From Minisyncoccota bacterium (lineage in GTDB: Bacteria; Patescibacteriota; Minisyncoccia; Phycocordibacterales; UBA9973), in NCBI GenBank assembly GCA_041664285.1, contig JBAYLA010000001.1, positions 138,092-202,091 on the forward strand: a DNA stretch of 64,000 bases, given 5' to 3'. The notes below the pieces were generated by a model that worked only from the letters and a program-made list of their open reading frames with translations, was not told where the DNA came from and searched no databases. This document shows positions 26,946 to 36,383 of this stretch, one piece after another. The first letter of the stretch is position 1, and each line of letters starts with the position of its first letter. The translations under genes and the position numbers were made by a program.

Positions 26946-28649
26946 CTAGTAAACTTCCTGCTGGTAGCATTTTTCACAATAAACTATTTCCGGTCTATCG
27001 GGTGCATAGGTGGTTTCGAATTCTACATCGCAAGGCTTACCTTCGTGACTGATGTGCTCTTTGTCGCACAGGCAAGTTCTATGCCAAAGTTTGCTTGCGC
27101 CTCTATTTTTGAAACGCCTTATATGCCTACATTCAGGACAATTTCTTGGGATAGGTATTTGCATTCTTTTATAGAAAGAAAGTTCGTCTGTAATAATTCT
27201 GTAATTTTTGCTACATTCCGTACAAATAAAGACTTCTTTATTTACATCAAAGTCTGATGGTAGTTCTGAAATAGAATCTGGGAAATTTTTCCAATCAATG
27301 GTTTCTTTACCATAAGTTCCACGTTCAGTATCTTCCCATTTAAATCCTTTTTTCAGTGCTTCCTCTTTAGTAAGAGGGAATTCATCCATGGCTGAAGATT
27401 CGTTGTAGCCAAAAGCTGAAATTTTAGATGGATAAAAGTCTCCATAAATTCCTTCTTGTTTCATTTTTTCAATAATTTCTTCTCGTAATTTTTTGTATTC
27501 TTCTTTGGTATATTGTTTATTGAAAATACAATATGAACCTTTTTTTAAGTTTACACATCCAAAACAGTTATTCGAATTTGGGCAATTCACGCAATACTCC
27601 ATAAATTGGGAACCCCAACATATAGAACCACAAATAACATTTGATGTTTCAATCCCATTATTAAGACTATTGTAAATTAATTCAGCCCCACGTCCTGCGG
27701 TATTACAATCTACACAATCTTTTGCCCCACGCCAAACATGTATACTGTGGGCATTATCTTCTGCATCGTAAGAATGGAAACAATTACGATTATTTTTCAC
27801 ATTGGTCATATAATTCCCAGTAGAATTTACAGCATTAAAAATCTCAGCAAATTTTCTCGGTTTGTCTTCTATGAAATTCTGAAATTCTTTTTTAAAAGAT
27901 TCCACGCCCGAATGTGTGTCTAATTGAAAAGACTTTAATTTCTTTTCATACTCCTCTTCTGTATATGGTTCATTAAAAATGTGATATTTTTGTTGACGTA
28001 AATTTATACATCCAAGGCAATTCGTACATCCACGACAATCAAGCAGAAACGAGCTATCTAAACAGCTATAACAACCTTTAGAAAAACGTAAATTATTGCA
28101 GTCATAACAATCATCCACTTCATAAGACAACTCTACTTTATTAGTAAAAGAACAATCAACTAAATCTTTAGAGAGCTGAATCCAGTAACAATTTATACAA
28201 TTTTCGTTATTAGAGCTTTCTATGATCACATAGCAATTTTTATTATCTGCGGTTAAATTAAGATAACTACAGCGAACATCGTTTGTAGAAAATAGAGCTG
28301 GTTTTGGAACTTTATTCCAAAGCTTTTTCCATTGTTCAAAAAATGGTTTATTAGGATCATAATCTATGGCGTATTTCTTACTGTCTAAATCGTCACTCCA
28401 CCAGCAGTCTGGGCACCAGACTGGATAATTTTTATTAGGGCTAAAAGTTGAAATACCTTCCTTTTTACAATTATCGCATTGACGTTTATAGAAGCACCTT
28501 TCATTTCTGAAACAAAGTCGCAATTGCGCTCGACAATCTGGGCAAATTTTTGGTACTGATACTTTTACTTTTTCATAAAATCCAAAATCATCAGGTTCAA
28601 TAACGAAATCCTTCTTACAATTTTGGCAATTAAGTGTCTCTCTGTTCAT
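26946..28649 (-). CDS. large cysteine-rich protein, paralog 1 (N- and C-terminal CxxC...FY...CPxCR zinc ribbons; internally duplicated Cys-repeat core)
   Basis: N-terminal CQNCKKDFVIEPDDFGFYEKVKVSVPKICPDCRAQLRL and C-terminal CTECSKNYRIITDELSFYKRMQIPIPRNCPECRHIRRF. Repeated C-x2-C units and two FGC(I/V)NL(R/K)..Y.(I/F)FN..YT.EEY.K blocks. By eye about 10% Cys. Ends ...PEIVYCEKCYQQEVY. Confidence 0.7.
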   Translation of the reverse strand: MNRETLNCQNCKKDFVIEPDDFGFYEKVKVSVPKICPDCRAQLRLCFRNERCFYKRQCDNCKKEGISTFSPNKNYPVWCPDCWWSDDLDSKKYAIDYDPNKPFFEQWKKLWNKVPKPALFSTNDVRCSYLNLTADNKNCYVIIESSNNENCINCYWIQLSKDLVDCSFTNKVELSYEVDDCYDCNNLRFSKGCYSCLDSSFLLDCRGCTNCLGCINLRQQKYHIFNEPYTEEEYEKKLKSFQLDTHSGVESFKKEFQNFIEDKPRKFAEIFNAVNSTGNYMTNVKNNRNCFHSYDAEDNAHSIHVWRGAKDCVDCNTAGRGAELIYNSLNNGIETSNVICGSICWGSQFMEYCVNCPNSNNCFGCVNLKKGSYCIFNKQYTKEEYKKLREEIIEKMKQEGIYGDFYPSKISAFGYNESSAMDEFPLTKEEALKKGFKWEDTERGTYGKETIDWKNFPDSISELPSDFDVNKEVFICTECSKNYRIITDELSFYKRMQIPIPRNCPECRHIRRFKNRGASKLWHRTCLCDKEHISHEGKPCDVEFETTYAPDRPEIVYCEKCYQQEVY

Positions 28650-28704
28650 GCAAAGATTATATCAGAAATGCCAAAAAAGTCTTTATTTGGTATAGTTAAC
28701 ACCT

Positions 28705-29673
28705 ATGAATCTTTTTTATCCTATTCAATTGTTAGCGGACTGGGTAACTTATACAGTTTTGAACCATATTCCAGGTACTTTGTCTGCTAATGCAATTAAC
28801 TTTTTTATCTTTGACACAATCAAGATATTTATTCTTTTAACTGTCATTATCTTTATTGTTTCAATCATTCGATCATATTTACCACCAGAAAAGATAAAAG
28901 GAATACTATCTCACAAAAATATTTACACGGGAAATATTACCGCTTCTCTTTTGGGAATTATTACTCCATTTTGTTCTTGTTCAGCTATTCCTTTATTTTT
29001 AGGATTTATTCAAGCAGGGGTTCCACTAGGGGTAACTTTTTCTTTTCTAGTAGCATCGCCGATGATTAATGAAGTAGCCTTAGTTTTACTTTTAGGAATG
29101 TTTGGCTGGAAGATTGCCTTAATGTATATAGTGAGCGGACTTATCATTTCTATTTTTGCCGGAATAATTATCGGAAAAATGAAGGTAGAAAACTTAGTAG
29201 AATCTTTTGTTTATGAAAATACTGTGAATGGAAATATTGTTTTATCAACTATGACTCAAAGAGAAAGATTAATTTATGCAAAAAATTATACTTTAGATAT
29301 TTTACAAAAAGTTTGGCCATATATTGTAATTGGGATTGGGGTAGGGGCTTGGATTCATGGATACGTTCCGATAGATTTTTTGGCTCAGTACGCAGGCAGC
29401 GACAAGTGGTATACAGTTCCAATTGCCGTGCTTATTGGAATACCTCTTTATTCGAATGCCGCCGGTGTTATCCCACTAGTATCTGCTTTAACAGAAAAAG
29501 GTGTTTCAATAGGAACAACTCTTGCTTTTATGATGTCTGTCACCGCTTTATCCCTTCCCGAATTTATGATTCTAAAAAAGGTAATGAAAATTAAACTGAT
29601 AATAATTTTTGCTGGAATCGTCGGAGTCGGGATAATGTTTACTGGTTTTCTTTTTAATTTGATTTTGAAGTAA
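28705..29673 (+). CDS. DUF318/ArsP-family permease with a TPFCSCS motif
   Basis: Multi-TM protein; ...ITPFCSCSAIPLFLGFIQAGVPLGVTFSFLVASPMINE... matches the conserved cysteine-containing core of this predicted permease family. Confidence 0.6.
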   Translation: MNLFYPIQLLADWVTYTVLNHIPGTLSANAINFFIFDTIKIFILLTVIIFIVSIIRSYLPPEKIKGILSHKNIYTGNITASLLGIITPFCSCSAIPLFLGFIQAGVPLGVTFSFLVASPMINEVALVLLLGMFGWKIALMYIVSGLIISIFAGIIIGKMKVENLVESFVYENTVNGNIVLSTMTQRERLIYAKNYTLDILQKVWPYIVIGIGVGAWIHGYVPIDFLAQYAGSDKWYTVPIAVLIGIPLYSNAAGVIPLVSALTEKGVSIGTTLAFMMSVTALSLPEFMILKKVMKIKLIIIFAGIVGVGIMFTGFLFNLILK

Positions 29674-29725
29674 ATAATTCAATTGAAAAAATCCCCAAAA
29701 ATGGTAGATTGGAACAACGGAGCGA

Positions 29726-29812
29726 GGAGGCGTGGCTGAGTGGTTGAAGGCACCACTTTCGAAAAGTGGCATCGAGGAAACTTGATCGTGAGTTCAAATC
29801 TCACCGCCTCCG
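29726..29812 (+). tRNA. tRNA-Ser (anticodon CGA)
   Basis: GGAGGCG-TG-GCTGAGTGGTTGAAGGC-A-CCACT-TTCGAAA-AGTGG-long variable arm-GTGAGTTCAAATCTCAC-CGCCTCC-G; type II tRNA. Confidence 0.85.
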
Positions 29813-29843
29813 CAGAATATTTAAGATTTGGTATAATCAAACT

Positions 29844-31586
29844 ATGGATTCGGAAACAAAATCTATAAATTGTCAGAGTTGCAAAAAAGACTTCGTGATT
29901 ACATCTGATGATTTTAATTTCTATGAAAGAATGCAGGTTCCTCCACCAACTTTTTGCCCGCAATGCCGAGTGATTAGAAGAATGAGTTTCTTGAATGATC
30001 GGAATTTTTACAAGAGAAAGTGTGACAAAACTGGAAATATATGTGTTTCTTTATTTCCTGAAGATTTTAAAACTCCAGTTTATTCACCCAAAGCTTGGTG
30101 GGCTGATGACTGGGACGCTATTTCATATGGTCAAGATTATGATTTTTCTAAACCATTTTTCGAACAATTTAAAGAATTAATGAAAAAAGTTCCTCAATTC
30201 TCCATGCAAAGTCAGTATACTACTCTAATAAATAGTGAGTATACAATGATGGGAACTTACAACCGTAATTGTTTTATGGTTACGAATACAGAATATTGCG
30301 AGGACTGTGTTTACACCACCTATACTTCTCATAGTAATAATTGTTTGGATACATACATGTGTGACAGCTCAGAATTTTGTTGTGAATGTATTAATGTCAG
30401 AAAATGTAGTAAAGCTATTTTTAGTATAGATTGCGAAGATTGTTTCAATATTGCTTTTTCAAAAAACCTTAAAGGTTGTCATGATTGCTTCGGTTGTTTT
30501 AATTTAAGAAATAAATCCTATTATTTTTTTAACGAACAATTAACTCAAGAAGAATATCAAAAGAAATTAGATGAATACGACACTGGTTCAGAAAGAAATG
30601 TTTTAAATTTAATCAAAAGATTTAAAAAAGAAAATTTAAAATATCCTAAAAAGTTTATGGAGGGAACGAAAAATGTAAAAGTTTCTGGTAATTATCTATA
30701 TCAATCAAAGAAAGCTTTAACCTGTTTCGAATCGCTTGGACTTGAAGATTGTAAATATTGCCAATTTTGTTTTTTGAAGCCAACTCGTGACTCATACGAT
30801 ATGACCCAATGGGGAGGGAATGCTCGGTTTATCTATGATTGTATGGGGGCTGGAGACAATGAAAGTATGATTAAATTTTCGATTGACTGCTGGGCTCAAG
30901 GTTCGAATATAGAATATTCTTATCACATTGTTTCACCTAATGATGATTTATTTGGATGTATTGGTTTGAAACATAAAAGATATTGTATTTTAAATAAACA
31001 ATATACTAAAGAGGAATATGAAAAATTAATTCCCCAAATTAAGCAACATATGAATGATATGCCCTATGTTGATAAAAAGGGGAGAGTCTATAAATATGGA
31101 GAATTTTTCCCAAGCGAGCTATCTTTTTTTGGTTATAACGAAACATTAGCTTATAGTTATTTTCCATTAACCCAAAAGGAAGCAGAGGAAAAAGGTTTAA
31201 ATTGGACAGAAATAAAAATAAATAGACATGAAATAACGAAAAAATCTTCTGAATTACCAGACAATATAAAAGATGTTGACGATAGCATTTTAAATGAAAC
31301 TATTGAAGATGAAGTCAATAATCGACCTTACAAAATAACTGAACAAGAACTTAAAATTTTAAGGCGATTAAATGTTCCCTTGCCACGGAAACATTATAAT
31401 CAAAGACATTATGATCGCGTTGCCAAAAGAAATCCCATGCAACTCTGTGTTAGAACTTGCATGTGCGACAAGGGGAATCATTTTCATGGTGCTGAAAAAT
31501 GCGAAATAGAATTTGAAACATCATATTTACCTGATAGCCCAGAAATAGTTTATTGTGAAAAATGTTATCAACAAGAAGTTTACTAA
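29844..31586 (+). CDS. large cysteine-rich protein, paralog 2
   Basis: Same architecture as paralog 1 (CQSCKKDFVITSDDFNFYERMQVPPPTFCPQCRVIRRM...) and shares the terminal PEIVYCEKCYQQEVY. The track ORF start at 29766 lies inside tRNA-Ser, so the real start is the ATG at 29844. Confidence 0.7.
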   Translation: MDSETKSINCQSCKKDFVITSDDFNFYERMQVPPPTFCPQCRVIRRMSFLNDRNFYKRKCDKTGNICVSLFPEDFKTPVYSPKAWWADDWDAISYGQDYDFSKPFFEQFKELMKKVPQFSMQSQYTTLINSEYTMMGTYNRNCFMVTNTEYCEDCVYTTYTSHSNNCLDTYMCDSSEFCCECINVRKCSKAIFSIDCEDCFNIAFSKNLKGCHDCFGCFNLRNKSYYFFNEQLTQEEYQKKLDEYDTGSERNVLNLIKRFKKENLKYPKKFMEGTKNVKVSGNYLYQSKKALTCFESLGLEDCKYCQFCFLKPTRDSYDMTQWGGNARFIYDCMGAGDNESMIKFSIDCWAQGSNIEYSYHIVSPNDDLFGCIGLKHKRYCILNKQYTKEEYEKLIPQIKQHMNDMPYVDKKGRVYKYGEFFPSELSFFGYNETLAYSYFPLTQKEAEEKGLNWTEIKINRHEITKKSSELPDNIKDVDDSILNETIEDEVNNRPYKITEQELKILRRLNVPLPRKHYNQRHYDRVAKRNPMQLCVRTCMCDKGNHFHGAEKCEIEFETSYLPDSPEIVYCEKCYQQEVY

Positions 31587-31634
31587 CTAAATTATATATT
31601 CAAAATTATTCAGATATTGTCACAGCACCCACTT

Positions 31635-32576
31635 TTATTTAGTATGTATCGTTAAGTAAATATCTTCTACGGCACGGACGGCGTCACCAGCTGCTATGTT
31701 GTTTTGGTGATAGAGAATATTAGTACAATCACCAGCCGCCCAGATGCCTGGGGTTTCTGTTTTTTGGGACCAAGCGTCAATTTTTATTTTATTTATTTCA
31801 TCAAGTGGCACTAAAGTTTGTACGAAATCAGTATTTGGAATTTGTCCTACTTCTACGAAAATACCTGAAACTTTCAATTCTATTTCTTTTTCAGAAGTTT
31901 TTTCCTTGTAAACTATTCCTTCTACAAATTTATCACCTTGTATCTCTAAAATATCTATATTTTTTAATATTTTAATTTTTGGATTTTGTAAAACTTTTTG
32001 AACAGTAATTTGATCTGCACGAAAAGTATCACTGCGGTGTACTATGGTTACAGATTTACAATAAGCGACAAGTTGTGAAGCGGATTCAAAAGCGGCATTG
32101 CCTCCACCAACCACAACCACATCCATATCTGCAAAAAGAGGTCCGTCACAAGTGGCGCAGTAGGTGAGTCCTTTGTGTTCTAGTTTATCAGCATTTTTGA
32201 CGGTAAGTTTTCTGCGTCCGCTTCCAGTGGCAATTAAAATTGTTTTGGTTGAGAATTCTTGTCCAGATTCTGTTTTTACAGAAAAGTCATTAGGATTTTT
32301 TGTAATATTAGTTACTTTTTCTCCTTCTTTTACTTCTAGACTATCTCCTGTATTTTCTAAAACATGACTTTTTAAATTATCAGCCAATTCTGCACCAGAG
32401 ATAGAAGGAGTACCAATCCAATTATAAATTTTCTCGGACACAATACTTTGTCCGCCCCATTCTGAAGTAATAAAGAGTGTTTTTAGTCTCTTTCTAGAAG
32501 CGTAAACAGCGGCTGCGCTTCCAGCCGGTCCACCTCCTATAATTATTAAATCGTATGTCATCTTTTTATTATACAC
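31635..32576 (-). CDS. trxB: thioredoxin-disulfide reductase
   Basis: DLIIIGGGPAGSAAA (FAD), the CATCDG redox-active disulfide, and VVGGGNAA (NADPH). Confidence 0.9.
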   Translation of the reverse strand: MYNKKMTYDLIIIGGGPAGSAAAVYASRKRLKTLFITSEWGGQSIVSEKIYNWIGTPSISGAELADNLKSHVLENTGDSLEVKEGEKVTNITKNPNDFSVKTESGQEFSTKTILIATGSGRRKLTVKNADKLEHKGLTYCATCDGPLFADMDVVVVGGGNAAFESASQLVAYCKSVTIVHRSDTFRADQITVQKVLQNPKIKILKNIDILEIQGDKFVEGIVYKEKTSEKEIELKVSGIFVEVGQIPNTDFVQTLVPLDEINKIKIDAWSQKTETPGIWAAGDCTNILYHQNNIAAGDAVRAVEDIYLTIHTK

Positions 32577-32597
32577 TAGAAATAGAAATTAAAATCA

Positions 32598-32681
32598 AAC
32601 TTTTTCCGGTACGGATTTTTTTCTGATGAAAAAAATCCTGAAGTTCTCGCGCCGTCGCACTCGAAACCCCCCAAAAGTTTA
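32598..32681 (-). repeat. 65-nt structured repeat family, copy 2 (reverse orientation, GCGC-gacg-GCGC variant)
   Basis: Reverse complement AAACTTTTGGGGGGTTTCGAGTGCGACGGCGCGAGAACTTCAGGATTTTTTTCATCAGAAAAAAATCCGTACCGGAAAAAGTTT. Confidence 0.7.
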
Positions 32682-32690
32682 TTTTAATTT

Positions 32691-33902
32691 CTATTTCTTA
32701 TTACGTCGTAAAAATGCTGGAACAGCGCTCCAGTCATCACCATCATCTTCAATAATTTCTTCCTTAACTTCTTTCTTTTCCATTTTCTTAATAAAATCAT
32801 TGTTACCTACACTTCCATTTTGTCTCCCGTTCTGCATATTATTTTGGATACTATTATTTATTTCTTTTTTTATTACCACTGGAGTTTCGTCTTTGAGAAG
32901 TTGGCCTACTACTGCCCCACTGTTAAAAAGATTTTTGCGAGGCATATCAGCAGGGAACGAGGTTGCTATCACGGTAACTTTTATTTCTCCCTTTTTCAAC
33001 TTTTCATCACGAATTGTTCCGAAGATTACTTTCGCATCTTTGTCGATTGATTCAGTAATTATTTTTGCGGCTTCTTGAATTTCATTAATAGTCAAATCAT
33101 CGCCACCAGAGATAGCGAAGAGCACCCCTTTCGCGCCGTGAATAGAAACTTCCAAGAGAGGAGAATTAATAGCAGCCAAAGCAGCTTTTTCAGCTCGCTT
33201 TTCTCCAGAAGCATTACCAATACCCATCAGAGCTGAACCAGCATTTGCCATGACAGCTTTAATATCTGCAAAATCAACATTAATGATACCCGGAGTAGTA
33301 ATTAAATCAGAAATACCTTCAACTGCTTGACGTAATACATCATCGCATTTAACAAAAGCATCTTTGAAATTAGTATTTTTATCAGCCAATTGGAGTAATT
33401 TATCGTTTGGAATAATAATGATAGCATCAACTTCTTTAGCCAAATCATCAATTCCTTTCTCGGCTATTTTCATTCGGTGATTTCCTTCAAAGAAGAAAGG
33501 TTTGGTTGTGACCGCTACAGTCAAGATACCTTGTTCTCTAGCTGCGCGAGCCACGATCGGAGCAGCGCCTGTCCCAGTACCTCCTCCCATTCCACAAGCT
33601 AGAAAAATCATGTCTGCTCCTTTGATGACATCTTGGATTTCAGACTTTGTTTCTTCAGCTGCTTTTTTTCCAACTTCTGGATCCATCCCAGCACCAAGAC
33701 CTTTTGTAAGATTTTTTCCTATATGAATTTTTTTCTCAGCCAGAGAGTGGTGTAAGTCTTGAGTATCTGTATTCATGCAAATAAAGGTGACCCCTTTAAC
33801 TTTAGAATTTATCATGTGGTTTACTGCATTCTTTCCAGAACCCCCGATTCCGATGACCATAATACGAGCAAAACTTTGTATTTCTTGATTTATTTTTGGC
33901 AT
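32691..33902 (-). CDS. ftsZ: cell division GTPase FtsZ
   Basis: IGIGGSGKNAVNHM...GMGGGTGTGAAPIVA tubulin/FtsZ signature. Confidence 0.95.
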   Translation of the reverse strand: MPKINQEIQSFARIMVIGIGGSGKNAVNHMINSKVKGVTFICMNTDTQDLHHSLAEKKIHIGKNLTKGLGAGMDPEVGKKAAEETKSEIQDVIKGADMIFLACGMGGGTGTGAAPIVARAAREQGILTVAVTTKPFFFEGNHRMKIAEKGIDDLAKEVDAIIIIPNDKLLQLADKNTNFKDAFVKCDDVLRQAVEGISDLITTPGIINVDFADIKAVMANAGSALMGIGNASGEKRAEKAALAAINSPLLEVSIHGAKGVLFAISGGDDLTINEIQEAAKIITESIDKDAKVIFGTIRDEKLKKGEIKVTVIATSFPADMPRKNLFNSGAVVGQLLKDETPVVIKKEINNSIQNNMQNGRQNGSVGNNDFIKKMEKKEVKEEIIEDDGDDWSAVPAFLRRNKK

Positions 33903-34061
33903 ATTTTTTAAAAAATTAATCCCTCGCTTTTGCTCGGGATCCCGACCTTAGGTCAGGACTTGTATGGAAACACACTACCACTAGAGCAAAAAAAAGCAAA
34001 CCAATTAAGTTCTGGTAATTATGTTCTAGTTTCTGGTCACTAGTATCTAACACTTAATTTC

Positions 34062-35225
34062 CTATGGCAAGAGTTGTTTTAAATTTGATGTTAAGATGTT
34101 TTTTAAATCTTTGAAAAAGTTTTTTAAGGTATCTTCTCCATAACTACCACCATCTTTATTAGAAATTAGAAGACCAATTACGTTTAGATAAGCCCCATCT
34201 CGGAGTTTTGTTTTTGTGTTGCCAAAAATTTCAGTTGACCCAATACTGGAAGGAAGTTTTAAAATTGATTTTGATAATTCTGCTAAAAGGGGAGTATTGG
34301 CACCACCACCGACAAAAACAATACCAGCTGGTAAAAGTTCTGACCTCTTTATTTTTTTTAAATTATTTTCTATTGATTCAAAAATATCACAAAGTCGTGC
34401 CTCGATTATTTCATCAAGTTTTTTCTTTGAAAACTCTTCCGTATTGTTTCCAAGTTTTAAAGCTTCTGCTTTTTCCAACGAAATTTTAAAACCAAGAGCG
34501 AGGTCGTTAGTTATTTTAGTTGAACCGATTGAAAAAGTTGTAATCGACATCAAGGATCCATTTTCAAAGACAGATAGCGAAGTTGTTTGATCCCCGATAT
34601 CAACTAATGCCACTCCAACGATTTTTTGTCTCTCAGACAAGGCAATATTACTAATAGCTAAAGGGGAGGCGATGACATCTATGGTGGCGACTCCAGCTTC
34701 AGCAATAGCTCCAAGTAAATCTTCTAAATGTATAATAGAATAGGTAACAAAAAGAGCTTTTGCCTCAAGCTTTGTTCCCGTCATTCCTTCAAGTCTACCA
34801 AACACTTCTTTTCCATCAAGGCGAAAAGTCTGTGGAAATATATGAATAATTTTTTTATTACCTAAGTTTAGATTATCTTCACAATCCTTTAGTGCCTTAT
34901 TAATGTCGAGAGTTGTTACTTCACCATCTGCTTTTGAAACTATTGTTCCACCAGAACTTACCTCACTCTTCAGAGTAGCGCCCGAAAGGGAAACGAAACA
35001 ACGTTTAATTTTTAGACCAGAAGTTTTCTCTGCTAAGGCAACTGCATTTTTTACAGAGGTAGCAACGAGAGAAGAATCTACCACGTAGCCGTATCGCATA
35101 CCTAATGTTGGGCTTTCACCCACGCCAATAATTTTAGGATTTTTTTCTCCTTTTAGAAATTCTCCGACCACAACTCGCGTCATGGAAGATCCCACGTCTA
35201 TTCCCACTGAAATATTTCTGATCAT
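34062..35225 (-). CDS. ftsA: cell division protein FtsA
   Basis: Actin-like ATPase GIDVGSSMTRVVVGE...VDIGDQTTSLSVF...GGGANTP; upstream of ftsZ. Confidence 0.88.
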   Translation of the reverse strand: MIRNISVGIDVGSSMTRVVVGEFLKGEKNPKIIGVGESPTLGMRYGYVVDSSLVATSVKNAVALAEKTSGLKIKRCFVSLSGATLKSEVSSGGTIVSKADGEVTTLDINKALKDCEDNLNLGNKKIIHIFPQTFRLDGKEVFGRLEGMTGTKLEAKALFVTYSIIHLEDLLGAIAEAGVATIDVIASPLAISNIALSERQKIVGVALVDIGDQTTSLSVFENGSLMSITTFSIGSTKITNDLALGFKISLEKAEALKLGNNTEEFSKKKLDEIIEARLCDIFESIENNLKKIKRSELLPAGIVFVGGGANTPLLAELSKSILKLPSSIGSTEIFGNTKTKLRDGAYLNVIGLLISNKDGGSYGEDTLKNFFKDLKNILTSNLKQLLP

Positions 35226-35541
35226 ATTTTTCCTCTAGTCTCTCCATTGTACTACTATGTTCGAAACCTTTCAAATGAAGCATTCCGTGGATAACTAAAA
35301 AGCCTAAAAATTGATCGAAAGTTCTTCCAAATTTTTTTGCTCCTTTTTTGATTACAGCAGGGCAGAGTATAATTTCACCCACATTTGTGCGAAGAGGAAA
35401 AGATAGGATATTGGTAGCTTTATCTATCTTCCTATATTTTTTATTTATTTTTCTAGATGTTCTCTCATCAACACAGGCAATTGACAGGGAATAGTTTTTT
35501 CCCAAAATATCATTTTTCATTATTGAAAAATCATCCTCCAT
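35134..35541 (-). CDS. ybeY: endoribonuclease YbeY (rRNA maturation factor)
   Basis: HGMLHLKGFEH zinc-binding motif. The 3' end overlaps the annotated ftsA start by about 90 nt. Confidence 0.8.
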   Translation of the reverse strand: MEDDFSIMKNDILGKNYSLSIACVDERTSRKINKKYRKIDKATNILSFPLRTNVGEIILCPAVIKKGAKKFGRTFDQFLGFLVIHGMLHLKGFEHSSTMERLEEKYDQKYFSGNRRGIFHDASCGRRISKRRKKS

Positions 35542-35543
35542 GT

Positions 35544-35777
35544 TTATTTAGTTACCATTTTGCCGAGCTTTTTGAGTTTCTCTATTTCTTTTCTTCTTTC
35601 GAGTTTCTTCAGAGCACTTTTTTTATTTTTAAGTTTTGACTCTTTTCTTAAATTATAGCGAGCACCTTTAACTTTACGGATAATACCGGACTCTTGAATT
35701 CTGCGCGAAAAGCGACGCAAAACGCTTGCATTATTTTCATTTGGATTTTTCTTCACTTCGATTACTGTTTTTGCCAT
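35544..35777 (-). CDS. rpsU: 30S ribosomal protein bS21
   Basis: MAKTVIEVKKNPNENNASVLRRFSRRIQESGIIRKVKGARYNLRKESK... is a typical S21. Confidence 0.85.
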   Translation of the reverse strand: MAKTVIEVKKNPNENNASVLRRFSRRIQESGIIRKVKGARYNLRKESKLKNKKSALKKLERRKEIEKLKKLGKMVTK

Positions 35778-35903
35778 ATGGTTACAAGATTAGCATAATT
35801 TTTTTTTAAAGCAAGCATGCATACTTAAATTTCAAGTGTCTAAGCAAGTATTTCTTCCTTTTTTTATTGACTTTTTTACAAAAAAAGATAATATTAGAAA
35901 ATT

Positions 35904-36371
35904 ATGCAACAAGCAGGAGATTATATAACTGAAGAAAAAAGGCAAATGCTTTTGGTAGAGTTGGCAGACCTTAAGGGGCCAAAAAGAAAAGAAATTCTAA
36001 AAAGTTTAGAGTATTCCAAGTCATTGGGTGACTTATCAGAAAATGCCGAATATCATCAAGCTCGTGAAGATCAAGGCAAATTAGAAGCACGAATTGTTAA
36101 AATAGAACAAATTTTACAATCTTCCCAAACGGTCAAAGGGGGTGGAGGAGATATCATCGAAATTGGCTCTAAAGTAGTTGTTCAGAAAAAGGGAACAAAA
36201 GATGAGAAAAAATATGTTATAGTAGGTTCAGAGGAAGCAGACATGAAAGTAGGGAAGATTTCTAATCGATCACCCTTTGGTACTGCGCTTTTTGGTAAAA
36301 AGAAAGGCGACAATGTTTCATTTAAAACTCCCAATGGTTTGGTTAATTATGAAATCATAAATGTTTCCTAA
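35904..36371 (+). CDS. greA: transcription elongation factor GreA
   Basis: N-terminal coiled coil ...LSENAEYHQAREDQGKLEARI... and C-terminal FKBP-like domain. Confidence 0.85.
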   Translation: MQQAGDYITEEKRQMLLVELADLKGPKRKEILKSLEYSKSLGDLSENAEYHQAREDQGKLEARIVKIEQILQSSQTVKGGGGDIIEIGSKVVVQKKGTKDEKKYVIVGSEEADMKVGKISNRSPFGTALFGKKKGDNVSFKTPNGLVNYEIINVS

Positions 36372-36383
36372 GCTGAAAAAATT

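Noticed and set aside
29766-29843. N-terminal extension of Cys-rich paralog 2 (track 29766..)
   Set aside because: It overlaps tRNA-Ser(CGA). The paralogous N-terminal zinc ribbon begins at the ATG at 29844.
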